Shown: positions 1-9,572, numbered from the stretch's first letter. The stretch is 32,000 nucleotides of DNA from Candidatus Sericytochromatia bacterium (GCA_036676455.1 JAKFCW010000137.1:13783-45782), one strand, 5' to 3'. Notes: generated from the sequence alone by a model not told the origin. Numbers and translations are program-made.

Positions 1-2
1 CC

Positions 3-758
3 AACACGCTCACCGCTCCCTACAACGACAAGGCGGCGCTCGACGCGCTCTTCGCCGAGCACGGCGATCAGATCGCGGGCGTGATCATTGAGCCGGTGGT
101 CGGCAACGCCGGCGTGCTGGTCCCGCAACCGGGCTTCCTCGAGCACCTGCGCGAGCTGACCCAGCGTCACGGCGCGCTCTTGATCTTCGACGAGGTCATG
201 ACCGGCTTCCGGGTGGCCTGGGGCGGCGCACAGCGGCGCTTCGGCATCCAGCCCGACCTCACCTGCCTGGCCAAGGCGATCGGGGGCGGCATGCCCATCG
301 GCGCCTACGGCGGCCGCCGCGACATCATGGAGATGGTCGCCCCTGCGGGCCCCATGTACCAGGCCGGCACCATGTCGGGTAACCCCGTCGCCGTCGCCGC
401 GGGCCTCGCCACCCTCGCGGAGCTGGCCAAGCCCGGCGTCTACGCCAAGCTCGAGGACACGACCCAGGCGCTCTGCGTCGGCCTCGCGGAAGCCGCCGGC
501 GAAGCCGGAGTCCCCGTGCAGATCAACCAGCTCGGCGCCATGTTCACGGTCTTCTTCACCGAGACTCCGGTCTCGGACTGGGAGACGGCCAAGCTGGCCG
601 ATACGGCCAAGTTCGGCCGCTACCACCGGCTGATGCGCGAAGCGGGTATCTACCTGCCTCCGTCGCAGTTCGAGGCCAACTTCGTCTCCTTGGCCCACGG
701 CTCCGCCGAGGTCTCGGCGACGGTCGCCGCCGCCCGAAAGGCGTTCAAGGCGCTCTAG
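3..758 (+). CDS. hemL: Glutamate-1-semialdehyde 2,1-aminomutase, C-terminal part (5' end outside window)
   Basis: Reading frame is open from base 3 (NTLTAPYND...) through the ORF listed at 81. PLP-aminotransferase motifs include '[12 protein letters not shown]' and '[22 protein letters not shown]', and '[18 protein letters not shown]' is typical of HemL. Confidence 0.93.
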   Translation, partial: NTLTAPYNDKAALDALFAEHGDQIAGVIIEPVVGNAGVLVPQPGFLEHLRELTQRHGALLIFDEVMTGFRVAWGGAQRRFGIQPDLTCLAKAIGGGMPIGAYGGRRDIMEMVAPAGPMYQAGTMSGNPVAVAAGLATLAELAKPGVYAKLEDTTQALCVGLAEAAGEAGVPVQINQLGAMFTVFFTETPVSDWETAKLADTAKFGRYHRLMREAGIYLPPSQFEANFVSLAHGSAEVSATVAAARKAFKAL

Positions 759-759
759 C

Positions 760-1539
760 ATGCGTCGCCTCTGGCCGCTGGGCCTGGCTCTCACCCTCCT
801 GGCGGGATGTGCGGATGCTCCGACCATCCCCCAGGTGAACCCCCTCCCAGAGGGACGGCTGAGCTCGGACTACGGTGTGCGCTCGGTCGATCCCGTGACG
901 GGCGAAGCCAATCCTGGCGGCCATCATGACGGCTACGACCTGGCGGCGGCCATGGGCACTCCGATCCGCGCCTCCAAGGCCGGCAAGGTTACCTTTGCCG
1001 GCCGCAAGGGCGGCTACGGAAACGCCGTCATGCTCTCGCATGCCGGCGGCTGGTCGACGCTTTACGGCCATGCCAGCCGCCTGGCGGTATCGGTCGGCCA
1101 GGAGGTCGCTGCCGGCCAGGTGGTGGCCTACGTGGGCAGCACCGGTCATTCGACCGGGCCTCACCTTCACTACGAGCTGCGCCGAAACGGCATGCCCGTC
1201 GATCCGGGCCTCTTCACGGCCTCGGCGCCTGCGCAGTCCCGGCCACGCAAGGCAGAGGCCCTGCGTTCCAAGCCGACCCCGCCGCCGTTGCCGCCTCAGG
1301 AAACACGTCTTTCCGACCCGGCGTCCGAGGCGGAGGACGTCGCGGGGCTTCCCGCGGATGCGCCGCCGTTGCGCTACCCCGAGGATCCGGACATGCGCTC
1401 GGCCATGCTGGCCCTTGACGGCGCCCCGTTGAGCCCCGAACCCGCCACCCCACCGACCCTCTGGCAGCGGATCCAGCGCTGGGTCGCTGGTTTCATCCAG
1501 CAGGTCGCCGCCCTCTTCTCCATGCGGCGGTCCACTTAG
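760..1539 (+). CDS. LytM/M23-family peptidoglycan endopeptidase, putative lipoprotein
   Basis: Lipobox-like N-terminus 'LALTLLAGC'. M23 motifs 'HHDGYDLAAAMGTPI', 'YGHAS' and 'STGPHLHYELR' (HxxxD and HxH). Confidence 0.92.
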   Translation: MRRLWPLGLALTLLAGCADAPTIPQVNPLPEGRLSSDYGVRSVDPVTGEANPGGHHDGYDLAAAMGTPIRASKAGKVTFAGRKGGYGNAVMLSHAGGWSTLYGHASRLAVSVGQEVAAGQVVAYVGSTGHSTGPHLHYELRRNGMPVDPGLFTASAPAQSRPRKAEALRSKPTPPPLPPQETRLSDPASEAEDVAGLPADAPPLRYPEDPDMRSAMLALDGAPLSPEPATPPTLWQRIQRWVAGFIQQVAALFSMRRST

Positions 1540-1564
1540 CCAAAACCCGGCTGCTTTACAAACC

Positions 1565-1593
1565 TTGACCGTCCTCCGTCGGGGTCGTAATGT
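1565..1593 (+). promoter_or_regulatory. Candidate promoter immediately upstream of the 77-aa ORF
   Basis: TTGACC (1565-1570), 17-nt spacer, TAATGT (1588-1593). The ATG is at 1600. Confidence 0.35.
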
Positions 1594-1599
1594 CGAGGC

Positions 1600-1833
1600 A
1601 TGACGAAGGCCGCAGGACCATGGGAACCGGAACCTCCGCAAGGGCCTCGCGATCCTGATCCCTTGCCGTGGATCGGGATCGCCATCGCTGCGCTCGGCTT
1701 GCTGAGCTACCCATGGGTCTCGCCCTTCACTCAGGGATGCGATCTCTTCGGTATCCCGGTGATCCTGTGGTACCTCTTCGGGGTCTGGGGCTTGCTCATC
1801 GTGCTGGGCGCGCTGAGCCGGACGGATCGCTAG
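1600..1833 (+). CDS. Small two-TM membrane protein, possible small partner of the downstream symporter-like kinase
   Basis: 77 aa with two hydrophobic segments ('WIGIAIAALGLLSYPWV' and 'FGIPVILWYLFGVWGLLIVLGAL'). Stop codon is 1 nt before the next ATG. Confidence 0.7.
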   Translation: MTKAAGPWEPEPPQGPRDPDPLPWIGIAIAALGLLSYPWVSPFTQGCDLFGIPVILWYLFGVWGLLIVLGALSRTDR

Positions 1834-1834
1834 C

Positions 1835-4800
1835 ATGGGGGCCTCCTTGCTCGTCATCGGCTTGGGCGTCGCTTATCTGCTCGTGCTCCTCGCGGTGGCC
1901 CTCTTCGCCGAGCGGAGCCGTGAGAGGGGCGCGCCCTGGCTTCAACATCCGCTCGTTTATACCTTGGCGCTGGGTGTTCACTTCACGGGCTGGGGCTACT
2001 TCTCGAGTGGTGCGTCGCTCTTCACTCAGGGGCTCGGCGATCTCTTTCTCTCGATCGGGGCGACGCTGGCGTTCTTGGTGGGCTGGCCGGTCATCCTCAG
2101 GATCATTCGCCTCTGCAAGGAGCAGCGCATCACCACCTTGCCCGAGGTGCTGACCATCCGCTACGGCCCCTCGCGCACCTTGAGGGTCCTGGCGACCTTG
2201 CTGCTGGTCGGGGGATCCTTGTATTACCTCGCCCTTCAGTTCGCGGTCGTCAACCAGGCGGGAAGCCTCGTGATCCTGGGATCCAACGCACCCACTCCCC
2301 CCGCGACGGGAATGGGAGGCCTGCTATTGGCCCTGGGGGCCGCAGGCTTCTCGATCGTTTTCGGTGTGCGCCGGGTGGATGCCGCGGAGCGCCATGAAGG
2401 GATCGTCGTCGCGCTCGCCCTGGACAGCCTCGTCAAGTTGCTGGCCCTCGGTTCGGTGGCCCTCTTCGTGGTCTTGAGGTTTCCCGAGCTCTTTCGCTCT
2501 GGCCCGGCATGGCCCACCCTGGAAGTCGGCGCTCCTGCCAATCCCTATCCGGTGAGCCTGGCCTTCCTCATGATAGGCCTGGCCTCCGCCATCCTGCTGC
2601 CGCGCATGTTTCACGTCACGGTGGTGGAGAACGTCAGCCGCAAGCAACTGCTCTTCGCCCGCTGGGGCTTCCCACTGTTCATCGCTCTGCTCACCGGCTT
2701 TGCGGCGCTGATCGCATGGGCCGGCGTGCGTCTCGGCCTTTCCGCGGCGGCCCTGGAGGGAGCTCCGATCCGGGTTCCCGAGCTCGCGGGCATGCCGGCG
2801 TTGGCCCTGGTCAGCTACATCGGCGGGATCTCGGCCGCGGCCTCCATGCTGATCGTGACCCTGGTCGCGCTCTCGAACCTCATCGCGACCAACCTGGTGC
2901 TGCCTCCGTTGTCCGCGATGGGATCGCGGATCGGACCCTGGCTGCGCCCGATTCGCTGGGCGATCATCCTGCTACTCGCCTTGCTGGCCTGGGGGGTCTG
3001 GATCGTCACCCGGCTGGATTACCTCAACCAATACGGCCTCCTGGCCATGATCGCCACGGCGCAGGTAGCTCCGGCGGTCTACCTGGGGCTGCTCTGGCCC
3101 CGCCTCAGAGGAGGGCCGGTCACCTGGGGCATTGCCCTCTCGCTGGTGGCCTGGCTCTACACGGGCCTGCTCCCGGCGTTCGCCGACGCGCTCCCAGGTG
3201 GCGCTTCCCTGCTGAGCACGGGGCCCTGGGGCATCGGCTTCCTGCGTCCCACGGCCATGTTCGGGCTGGTGGGGTGGGACCCGTACGCTCACTGCTTCTT
3301 CTGGAGCCAACTGGTGAACCTGGCGGCCGTCTTCTTGCTTTCGCTGCGCATGCCGGATGACGCCGTCGAGGAGGCTCGGGTCCGGGCCCTGCTGGAGGGC
3401 GGAAACGAGCCGATTCCCGTGCAGCAGCAACTCGCCTCGCGCATGGAGCCCAACGACGTCCAGGAGTTCCTGGGTGCCTTCCTGGGAGAGGAGCGGGCCG
3501 AGGCCGAGGCGGGCAGCATCCGTGCGCGCATGGAGGCCCTCGAGCTACCGGGCGAGTCCAAGCGGCTCATGGTTCGCAATGCCGTCGAGCGCATCCTGAG
3601 AGGGCCGCTGGGGCATGACGGGGCGGCGCGGGTCGTGCAGCAACGCTTTCCGGTCACCGAGCAGCTCCTCCCGGACGTCATGGAGGCGTTCCAGGAACTC
3701 GAGGAGACGCTGCAGGCCAGCGAGGAGAACCTCGCACGCCGGGTCCGCGAGCTCTCCTTTCTCAACGAGGCGGCCGAGATCCTGGTGACCGAGACGGATG
3801 CCGAGTCCCTGACCAATGCCGTCTGCCGGCTCATCCGCGAGGAGTTCCACCTCGATCACGTGGCGCTGTTCCTTCTCGAGAAGGACGGGCTGCGGGTCGC
3901 CTCCGACGATTGTTCGCAACTGCCGTCGTTCACGCTACAGGCCCCGCGGGGCTCGGTCCTCTCCGAGGTGCTACAGAGCCGGGAGAGCCGCCTCCTGCGC
4001 GCGGGCGATCCGGATGCCGAGCACGAACCGCTGATCGCGCGTGCGCGGTGTCGGGAAGTGGCGTACATCCCCATCGCCTTCGAGCGCGATCTGCTCGGCG
4101 TCCTGGCCATCGGGGCCGGGGCCGGGACCGTGCACCTCTCGGATGCGTTCTTGCGGGTGCTGGGCGTGCTATGCAGCGAGCTGGCGATCGCCCTCTCCAA
4201 CGCCTCCTTGCGCGCGGACCTCGAGGAAAGGGTGATCCGCCGGACCGAAGAGCTGGCGCGCGAGCGCGATCGGCTGGCCCAGGCCAACGAGAAGCTCTCC
4301 AAGGCCATCGAGGACCTGCGCAACCTCGACCGGGTCAAGGGAACCTTCCTCAACGCCGTCTCGCACGACCTGCGCATCCCACTGACCGGCATCCTCGGCT
4401 ACGCGGAGTTTCTCGAGGACGGCATCGGCGGCAAGCTCAGCGAGCAGCAGCTGAACTTCGCGAGCCAGATCACCCACGAGGCCCATCGGATGACCGGCCT
4501 GCTCAACGAGCTGCTGGACTTCGCCCGCATGGAGGCCGGGAAGTTCAAGATCGAGCCGCGTCCCATCGTGTACTCCGAGCCGGTGACCAGCGCCGTCAAC
4601 ACCTTCCGCCCCGCCATGGCGAAGAAGCGGCTGGAGGTCGTGGTCGACCTGCCGCCGGACCTGCCCCTGGTGCATGCGGATCCCGAGCGGGTGATCCAGA
4701 TCGTGAGCAACCTCTTGTCCAATGCCGTGAAGTTCACGCCCGAGGGCGGGCGCATCATCGTGCGCGCCTATCCCGAGGGGGAGCGGGTCCTCACGGAGGT

Positions 4801-5011
4801 CTCGGACACGGGAATCGGCATCACGCCTGAGGAGTTGCCCCACATGTTCGAGCGCTTCTACCAGACCGAGGCGGGCAAGGCCATGGGCGGCACGGGGCTG
4901 GGATTGTCGATCACCAAGAGCCTGGTCGAGGCGCATGGCGGCACGATTGAGGTGCAATCGCACCCCGGAGAAGGCACGACGTTTCGCTTCTCGCTGCCGA
5001 AGGCAGTCTGA
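1835..5011 (+). CDS. Sodium:solute symporter-like (SSS) domain fused to GAF-like and HisKA/HATPase_c domains; sensor histidine kinase, CbrA-like architecture
   Basis: About 500 aa of multi-TM N-terminus in an SSS-like pattern ('LPEVLTIRYGPSRTLRVLATLLLVG'), then a coiled region, a GAF-like segment, the H-box 'NAVSHDLRIPLTGILGYAEFL', and the ATPase boxes 'QIVSNLLSNAVKFTPEGG', 'DTGIGI' and 'GGTGLGLSITKSLVEAHGG'. Confidence 0.9.
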   Translation: MGASLLVIGLGVAYLLVLLAVALFAERSRERGAPWLQHPLVYTLALGVHFTGWGYFSSGASLFTQGLGDLFLSIGATLAFLVGWPVILRIIRLCKEQRITTLPEVLTIRYGPSRTLRVLATLLLVGGSLYYLALQFAVVNQAGSLVILGSNAPTPPATGMGGLLLALGAAGFSIVFGVRRVDAAERHEGIVVALALDSLVKLLALGSVALFVVLRFPELFRSGPAWPTLEVGAPANPYPVSLAFLMIGLASAILLPRMFHVTVVENVSRKQLLFARWGFPLFIALLTGFAALIAWAGVRLGLSAAALEGAPIRVPELAGMPALALVSYIGGISAAASMLIVTLVALSNLIATNLVLPPLSAMGSRIGPWLRPIRWAIILLLALLAWGVWIVTRLDYLNQYGLLAMIATAQVAPAVYLGLLWPRLRGGPVTWGIALSLVAWLYTGLLPAFADALPGGASLLSTGPWGIGFLRPTAMFGLVGWDPYAHCFFWSQLVNLAAVFLLSLRMPDDAVEEARVRALLEGGNEPIPVQQQLASRMEPNDVQEFLGAFLGEERAEAEAGSIRARMEALELPGESKRLMVRNAVERILRGPLGHDGAARVVQQRFPVTEQLLPDVMEAFQELEETLQASEENLARRVRELSFLNEAAEILVTETDAESLTNAVCRLIREEFHLDHVALFLLEKDGLRVASDDCSQLPSFTLQAPRGSVLSEVLQSRESRLLRAGDPDAEHEPLIARARCREVAYIPIAFERDLLGVLAIGAGAGTVHLSDAFLRVLGVLCSELAIALSNASLRADLEERVIRRTEELARERDRLAQANEKLSKAIEDLRNLDRVKGTFLNAVSHDLRIPLTGILGYAEFLEDGIGGKLSEQQLNFASQITHEAHRMTGLLNELLDFARMEAGKFKIEPRPIVYSEPVTSAVNTFRPAMAKKRLEVVVDLPPDLPLVHADPERVIQIVSNLLSNAVKFTPEGGRIIVRAYPEGERVLTEVSDTGIGITPEELPHMFERFYQTEAGKAMGGTGLGLSITKSLVEAHGGTIEVQSHPGEGTTFRFSLPKAV

Positions 5012-5037
5012 AGCAGCCGCGGGGACTGCCGGAGGGC

Positions 5038-6306
5038 TCACATCCAGTGGTCGAGCGCCTCGAGCAGGGGCACGAGCCACTGCCGCTCTCGCGGCACCGC
5101 GAAGGCGTCCGGCGTGTCGGCGTGGCGCGAGCGGGTCCAGAGGCGCTCGAAGACGCTGGTTCGCAGCGCGACGGCGGTCTGGGGGCGGTAGAAGAAGAGG
5201 TTGAGCTCGAGGTTCTCCTTGAGGGAGCGGGTGTCCCCGTTGGCGGATCCGAGGCTGGTCCAGGCGTCGTCGGCGGCCAGGTATTTGACGTGCAGGAAGC
5301 GTTCGTCGTAGGTGGCGATCCGGGCGCCGGCCTCGGAGAGGGTGCGGGCGTCGTTGAGGTTGAGGAGATGGAAGACGTCGTAGCTCTTCCAGTCGGGCAG
5401 GAGGATGCGGACGCTGACGCCGCGCTTGCAGGCCCGCATCAGGGCCTCGATCAGGGCGTCGTCCCAGAGGTAGGGGAAGGCCACGTCGAGTGAGTGCTTG
5501 GCCCCGTTGATGGCGCTCAGGTAGGCCCGGCGAATCTCGTTGCCCCGCGGAGAGCCGGGGGCGGTGAGGGAGACCTGGATGGGCTCTTCGCCCCAGGGAA
5601 CGCCCAGCGTGGTCAATGAGGCGGTCTGGACGTCCTGCCCGGGGCGATCGCCGCCGGGTTCCTTCCAGCGGGCCTGCAGGTCGCCGCCCCACGAGGAGGC
5701 GAACGTGTGGGTGATCTGGTAGGCGGCAGACCCCCAGACCTCGATCATGACGTCCTCGTAGTGGTAGCGGTAGTCGTCGCCGATGTTGACCCCGCCGGTG
5801 AGGACCCGGTAACCGTCGGCGATGAAGAGCTTTCGGTGGGTGACGTTGAAGCCGAAGGGGCTCAGGTACCAGGGGTTATTGATCTGGACGGTCACCCCGC
5901 CGTCCTTGAGGCGATTGAGGATGCGGTAATCGGTCCGGCCGTACTCGATGCCCAGCGAATCGAGGCGGACCCGGACGTCGACGCCCGCGCGGCGGCGCTG
6001 GATGAGGGCCTCGGTCACCTCGCGACCCGTCGGATCGTCGCGGAAGATGAACATCTCGACGTAGAGGGAGTGCTGCGCGTCGGAAATCAGGCGGAAGATG
6101 GCGTCATGCGCCGCCTCGCCGCCCTGGTGTAGGCGCACGAAGTTGTTGGTGGTGACCGGCAGCCGGCTCGAAGCCGCCAGCACCCGCCCCATGTCGGCAC
6201 CGACCACGGGACGATCGTCGTCCCAGGCGATGGGGGCGAGCAGCGGGGTACATGCCGTGGTCAAGATGAGGGCGATGATGGCGCCCAGCCAGGCGGGATG
6301 GGGCAT
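5038..6306 (-). CDS. Phospholipase D / cardiolipin synthase-like protein, putative lipoprotein
   Basis: Two HKD motifs ('THRKLFIADGYRVLTGG' and 'LHVKYLAADDAWTSLGSAN'). N-terminal signal with 'LILTTAC'. Confidence 0.9.
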   Translation of the reverse strand: MPHPAWLGAIIALILTTACTPLLAPIAWDDDRPVVGADMGRVLAASSRLPVTTNNFVRLHQGGEAAHDAIFRLISDAQHSLYVEMFIFRDDPTGREVTEALIQRRRAGVDVRVRLDSLGIEYGRTDYRILNRLKDGGVTVQINNPWYLSPFGFNVTHRKLFIADGYRVLTGGVNIGDDYRYHYEDVMIEVWGSAAYQITHTFASSWGGDLQARWKEPGGDRPGQDVQTASLTTLGVPWGEEPIQVSLTAPGSPRGNEIRRAYLSAINGAKHSLDVAFPYLWDDALIEALMRACKRGVSVRILLPDWKSYDVFHLLNLNDARTLSEAGARIATYDERFLHVKYLAADDAWTSLGSANGDTRSLKENLELNLFFYRPQTAVALRTSVFERLWTRSRHADTPDAFAVPRERQWLVPLLEALDHWM

Positions 6307-6400
6307 GGCGTGTTCCTTGAAGCGATGCCAGGCGGCACCTCATGCTAGACCAGGATAACGCCTGTTTGTTTCATGTGATTTGCAGGAGAAGGCTGGCGGA

Positions 6401-7660
6401 TTAGAACAAGAGCTTCTTGCGGCGCATGCTGATGGCCTGCAGGAGGCCGATGGCGGCCAGGTTGGTCATCAAGGCGGAGCCGCCGTAGCTCATCATGGGC
6501 AGCGGGATGCCGACGACCGGCATGAGGCCCATGGCCATGCAGAGGTTGACGAACATGTGGAACAAGAGCATCGAGGCGACGCCCGAGGCCAGCAGCGAGC
6601 CGAAGCGATCCTTGGCATTGTTGGCGATGAGGATGGCCCGGATGATCACCGTCAGGTAAAGGGCGAGCATCACCAGGCCTCCGATCAGGCCCAGTTCCTC
6701 GCCGACGACCGAGAAGACGAAGTCGGTGTGCTGCTCGGGGATGAAGTGCAGCTGGGTCTGGGTGCCCTCGAGCAGGCCCTTGCCGAAGATGCCGCCCGAG
6801 CCGATGGCGATCTTGGACTGGATGACGTGGTAGCCGGTGCCCAGGGGATCCGCCTCGGGGCTGACGAAGGTGCGGATGCGGTTCTTCTGGTACTCCTTGA
6901 GGATGCCCCAGGCGATGGGGACGGCGAGGCCGGCGCCGAGGTTGGCGAGCCAGACGCCGGCGGGCACCAGCCAGTGCTGCTTGCGGGTCTTCCAGAGCCA
7001 GGTGCCGAGGCCCAGCAGGTAGACCCCCCAGAGGATCATGCTGGCGCGATGGAAGGCGGGAGCGTCGAAGAGCACCTGCGGCATGCAGAGGATCAGGGCG
7101 ACGACCGGAGAGACCATCTTGAAGAGGGTGGCGATCGGCAAGCCGGCCCAGAAGAGCATGCCGAGCGTGATGGCGACGAAGACCAGGGACGTGCCGAGGT
7201 CGGGCTGGGCGAAGATCAAGAGGAAAGGAACCCCCACGGTGAGCATGGGGATCATGAAGCCTTCGGGAGAATGTACGCTGCGCTGGGACAGCACGCGCGC
7301 GAGGATCACGATCAGACCCAGCTTCGCGTATTCGGAGGGCTGGATCTTGATCGGTCCGATGGACAGCCAGCGCTGGGCTCCCAGCGCGGAGTGTCCGGTG
7401 ACGTCGACGGCGACGAGAAGCGCGACCATGATCCCGTAGAGGATCCAGGCGGAGCGGCCTTCCATCCAGTTGTAACCCCAGAGCACGAAGAACGTGAAGG
7501 GGATCATGGCCATCGGGAGGTTGATGGCCAGTTGCTGGAAGGCCGCCCGGGGGTTCGCCGAGTAGATGGCGACCACCCCGAAGGCGATCACTCCGAGAAC
7601 GCCCAGCATGAGCCAGACGTCGAAGTGTCGCCAGGATCGGCCGAGGTTCGGGAGGAGCAT
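6401..7660 (-). CDS. rodA: Rod shape-determining SEDS-family protein RodA
   Basis: FtsW/RodA-like multi-TM protein with 'YSANPRAAFQQLAIN', 'FAQPDLGTSLVF', 'QTHLHFIPEQHTDFVFSVVGEELG' and 'PLMSYGGSALM'. Confidence 0.95.
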   Translation of the reverse strand: MLLPNLGRSWRHFDVWLMLGVLGVIAFGVVAIYSANPRAAFQQLAINLPMAMIPFTFFVLWGYNWMEGRSAWILYGIMVALLVAVDVTGHSALGAQRWLSIGPIKIQPSEYAKLGLIVILARVLSQRSVHSPEGFMIPMLTVGVPFLLIFAQPDLGTSLVFVAITLGMLFWAGLPIATLFKMVSPVVALILCMPQVLFDAPAFHRASMILWGVYLLGLGTWLWKTRKQHWLVPAGVWLANLGAGLAVPIAWGILKEYQKNRIRTFVSPEADPLGTGYHVIQSKIAIGSGGIFGKGLLEGTQTQLHFIPEQHTDFVFSVVGEELGLIGGLVMLALYLTVIIRAILIANNAKDRFGSLLASGVASMLLFHMFVNLCMAMGLMPVVGIPLPMMSYGGSALMTNLAAIGLLQAISMRRKKLLF

Positions 7661-7682
7661 GGGCGCTTTTACCGCTAATGCT

Positions 7683-7997
7683 TTACTTAGCCGCGGCGCC
7701 GGCTTCCGCCTCGACGGCGGGGGCCTCGACCTTTTCGGGGCGGACGCGGCGGATGGGGATGTTGGCCATCAGGGCGACGGTGTCGTCGGCCCGATCGAGG
7801 CTGACTTCCAGGGCGGCCTCGTCGATCTCGACGTACTTCGAGAGGACGGTCAGCAGCTCCTTGCGCATCTCTTCCATCATCGGGGCCGGGATGTCGGCGC
7901 GATCGTGCATCAGGACGAGGCGAAGGCGGTCCTTGGCGACGGACTTGGCGGAGGTGTCGGACTTGCCGAGCAGCTTCTCGAGGAATGACGGGAACAC
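7683..7997 (-). CDS. minE: Cell division topological specificity factor MinE
   Basis: Frame reads GTG-FPSFLEKLLGKSD...SVAKDRLRLVLMHDRADIPAPMMEEMRKELLTVLSKYVEID. An AGGAGA ribosome-binding sequence lies just upstream. The listed ORF (to 8462) over-extends 5'. Confidence 0.93.
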   Translation of the reverse strand: MFPSFLEKLLGKSDTSAKSVAKDRLRLVLMHDRADIPAPMMEEMRKELLTVLSKYVEIDEAALEVSLDRADDTVALMANIPIRRVRPEKVEAPAVEAEAGAAAK

Positions 7998-8017
7998 GTT
8001 ACTTTCTCCTTCCTGGC

Positions 8018-8827
8018 CTAGCCGGCGACGAAAAACTTCTTGAGCTTGCCGAGGAAGCTGGTCTCTTCCTCGAGGTTCATGAAGGGGACCTCTTCGCCGC
8101 GGAGGCGGCGCGCGATGTTCCGGTAGGCCTGGCCGGCCTTGGAGCCTTCGGTGAGGGAGGCGGGCTCGCCCTTGTTGGTGGAGGTGATGATGCTCTCGTC
8201 GTCGGGGACGATGCCGAGCAGTTTCACGGAGTTGCCGAGGACTTCCTGGACGTCTTCGACGCCGAGCATCTCGTTGTTCTTGACCATCTTGGGGCGCAGG
8301 CGGTTGACGATCAGCAGGGGATCCTGGATGTCCTGGGCTTCGAGCAGGCCGACGATGCGATCGGCGTCGCGGACCGAGGAGACCTCGGGGTTGGTGACGA
8401 CGATGGCCTGGTTGGCGCCGGCGGTGGCGTTCTTGAAGCCCTGCTCGATGCCCGCGGGGCAATCGATCAGGATGAAGGTGTAGCCTTCCTCCTGGAGGTC
8501 GGCGACGAGCTGGATCATCTGCTCGGGGGTGACGGCCGACTTGTCGCGGGTCTGGGCGGCGGGCAGCAGGCCGAGGTTCTGCATGCGCTTGTCCTTGATG
8601 ACCGCCTGGCGGAGCTTGCAGCGGCCTTCGACGACGTCGACGATGTCGTAGACGATGCGGTTCTCGAGGCCGAGGACGAGGTCGAGGTTGCGCAGGCCGA
8701 TATCAGCATCCAAGAGGGCGACCTTCTCCCCCATCGACGCCAGCGCCATGCCCAGGTTCGCGGTGGTGGTGGTCTTGCCGACCCCGCCCTTTCCGGAAGT
8801 GATGACGATTACCTTAGCGGTAGACAT
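8018..8827 (-). CDS. minD: Septum site-determining ATPase MinD
   Basis: MSTAKVIVITSGKGGVGKTTTTANLGMALA (deviant Walker A). C-terminal amphipathic-like segment 'FLGKLKKFFVAG'. Start chosen at MSTAKV rather than the listed upstream ATG. Confidence 0.96.
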   Translation of the reverse strand: MSTAKVIVITSGKGGVGKTTTTANLGMALASMGEKVALLDADIGLRNLDLVLGLENRIVYDIVDVVEGRCKLRQAVIKDKRMQNLGLLPAAQTRDKSAVTPEQMIQLVADLQEEGYTFILIDCPAGIEQGFKNATAGANQAIVVTNPEVSSVRDADRIVGLLEAQDIQDPLLIVNRLRPKMVKNNEMLGVEDVQEVLGNSVKLLGIVPDDESIITSTNKGEPASLTEGSKAGQAYRNIARRLRGEEVPFMNLEEETSFLGKLKKFFVAG

Positions 8828-8855
8828 TGCGTTGGTTCCTCCTGTTGGACCGGGT

Positions 8856-9572
8856 TTAGAGCGGGGAGATGTGGATTTCGCCATCCTTGATGCAGGCGAT
8901 CTCGGGGGACTTGCTGAGCGGGGGCGCCCCGGCGTCGGGAGAGCGCGCGATCAGGCCGGCGATGCGAATCTGGGTGGGGCGCAGGTTGGTGGCGATGATG
9001 CGGGCGCCCTCTTCGCCGGTGCTGCCGGCGTGCGCCACGCCGCGCAGGGTGCCGAAGACCACGATGTCGCCGGCGGCCACGACCTCGGCACCGGCGTTGA
9101 CGTCGCCGGAGATGACCAGGTGGCCGTCATGTTGGAGGCGCTGGCCGGAGCGCACGGTCGTGCGCAGGTAGAGGGCGTTGTTGGGCGGGAACTGGGGGGC
9201 CTCGGGCTTGTCGGTCTTGTCGGCCTTCTCGCTCTTCTCGGGAGCGGGAAGCTTGTCATGGGGGGTGAGGCCGAGCTTGGAGGCGCCGTCCCGGGTGGGG
9301 GCGTAGGTGGCGACGATCGCCATGGGCACGAGGCCGTAGTCGCCCTTCAGGCGGCCGATCAGCGCGTCGAGCTCGGGCTCGGAGACGGGGCGATCGCCCA
9401 GATCCAGGGTCGTCTGGGCGCCTTGCCAGAAGGTCTTGGTCTTGGCTTCCTCCAGCTTCTCCTCGAGGCCCGAGATCACCTCGGTCCACGGGCCTTCCGC
9501 CGGCAGGACGAGCAAGAGGCCGTTCCTAAATCCCTTGACTGCGATTTCACCCGACACGTTCACATCCTCCAC
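8856..9572 (-). CDS. minC: Septum site-determining protein MinC
   Basis: C-terminal beta-helix pattern 'VRSGQRLQHDGHLVISGDVNAGAEVVAAGDIVVFGTLRGVAHAG', adjacent to minD and minE. Confidence 0.93.
   Translation of the reverse strand: MEDVNVSGEIAVKGFRNGLLLVLPAEGPWTEVISGLEEKLEEAKTKTFWQGAQTTLDLGDRPVSEPELDALIGRLKGDYGLVPMAIVATYAPTRDGASKLGLTPHDKLPAPEKSEKADKTDKPEAPQFPPNNALYLRTTVRSGQRLQHDGHLVISGDVNAGAEVVAAGDIVVFGTLRGVAHAGSTGEEGARIIATNLRPTQIRIAGLIARSPDAGAPPLSKSPEIACIKDGEIHISPL

Noticed and set aside
4169-5692. Long minus-strand ORF (507 aa) opposite the histidine kinase, and similar long antisense/alternative-frame ORFs (745-1857, 3289-3834, 6380-7678, 9621-10586, 9866-10930, 12621-13904, 14934-15797, 22101-23453, 26889-27689, 29315-30064, 31199-31993)
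   Set aside because: They are Arg/Gly/His/Ala-rich shadow ORFs typical of a GC-rich genome and lie opposite or across strongly recognisable genes. No family motifs are seen.
7683-8462. Listed 259-aa ORF as one protein
   Set aside because: Only the last 104 aa (MinE) are real. The rest is an out-of-frame reading of minD.
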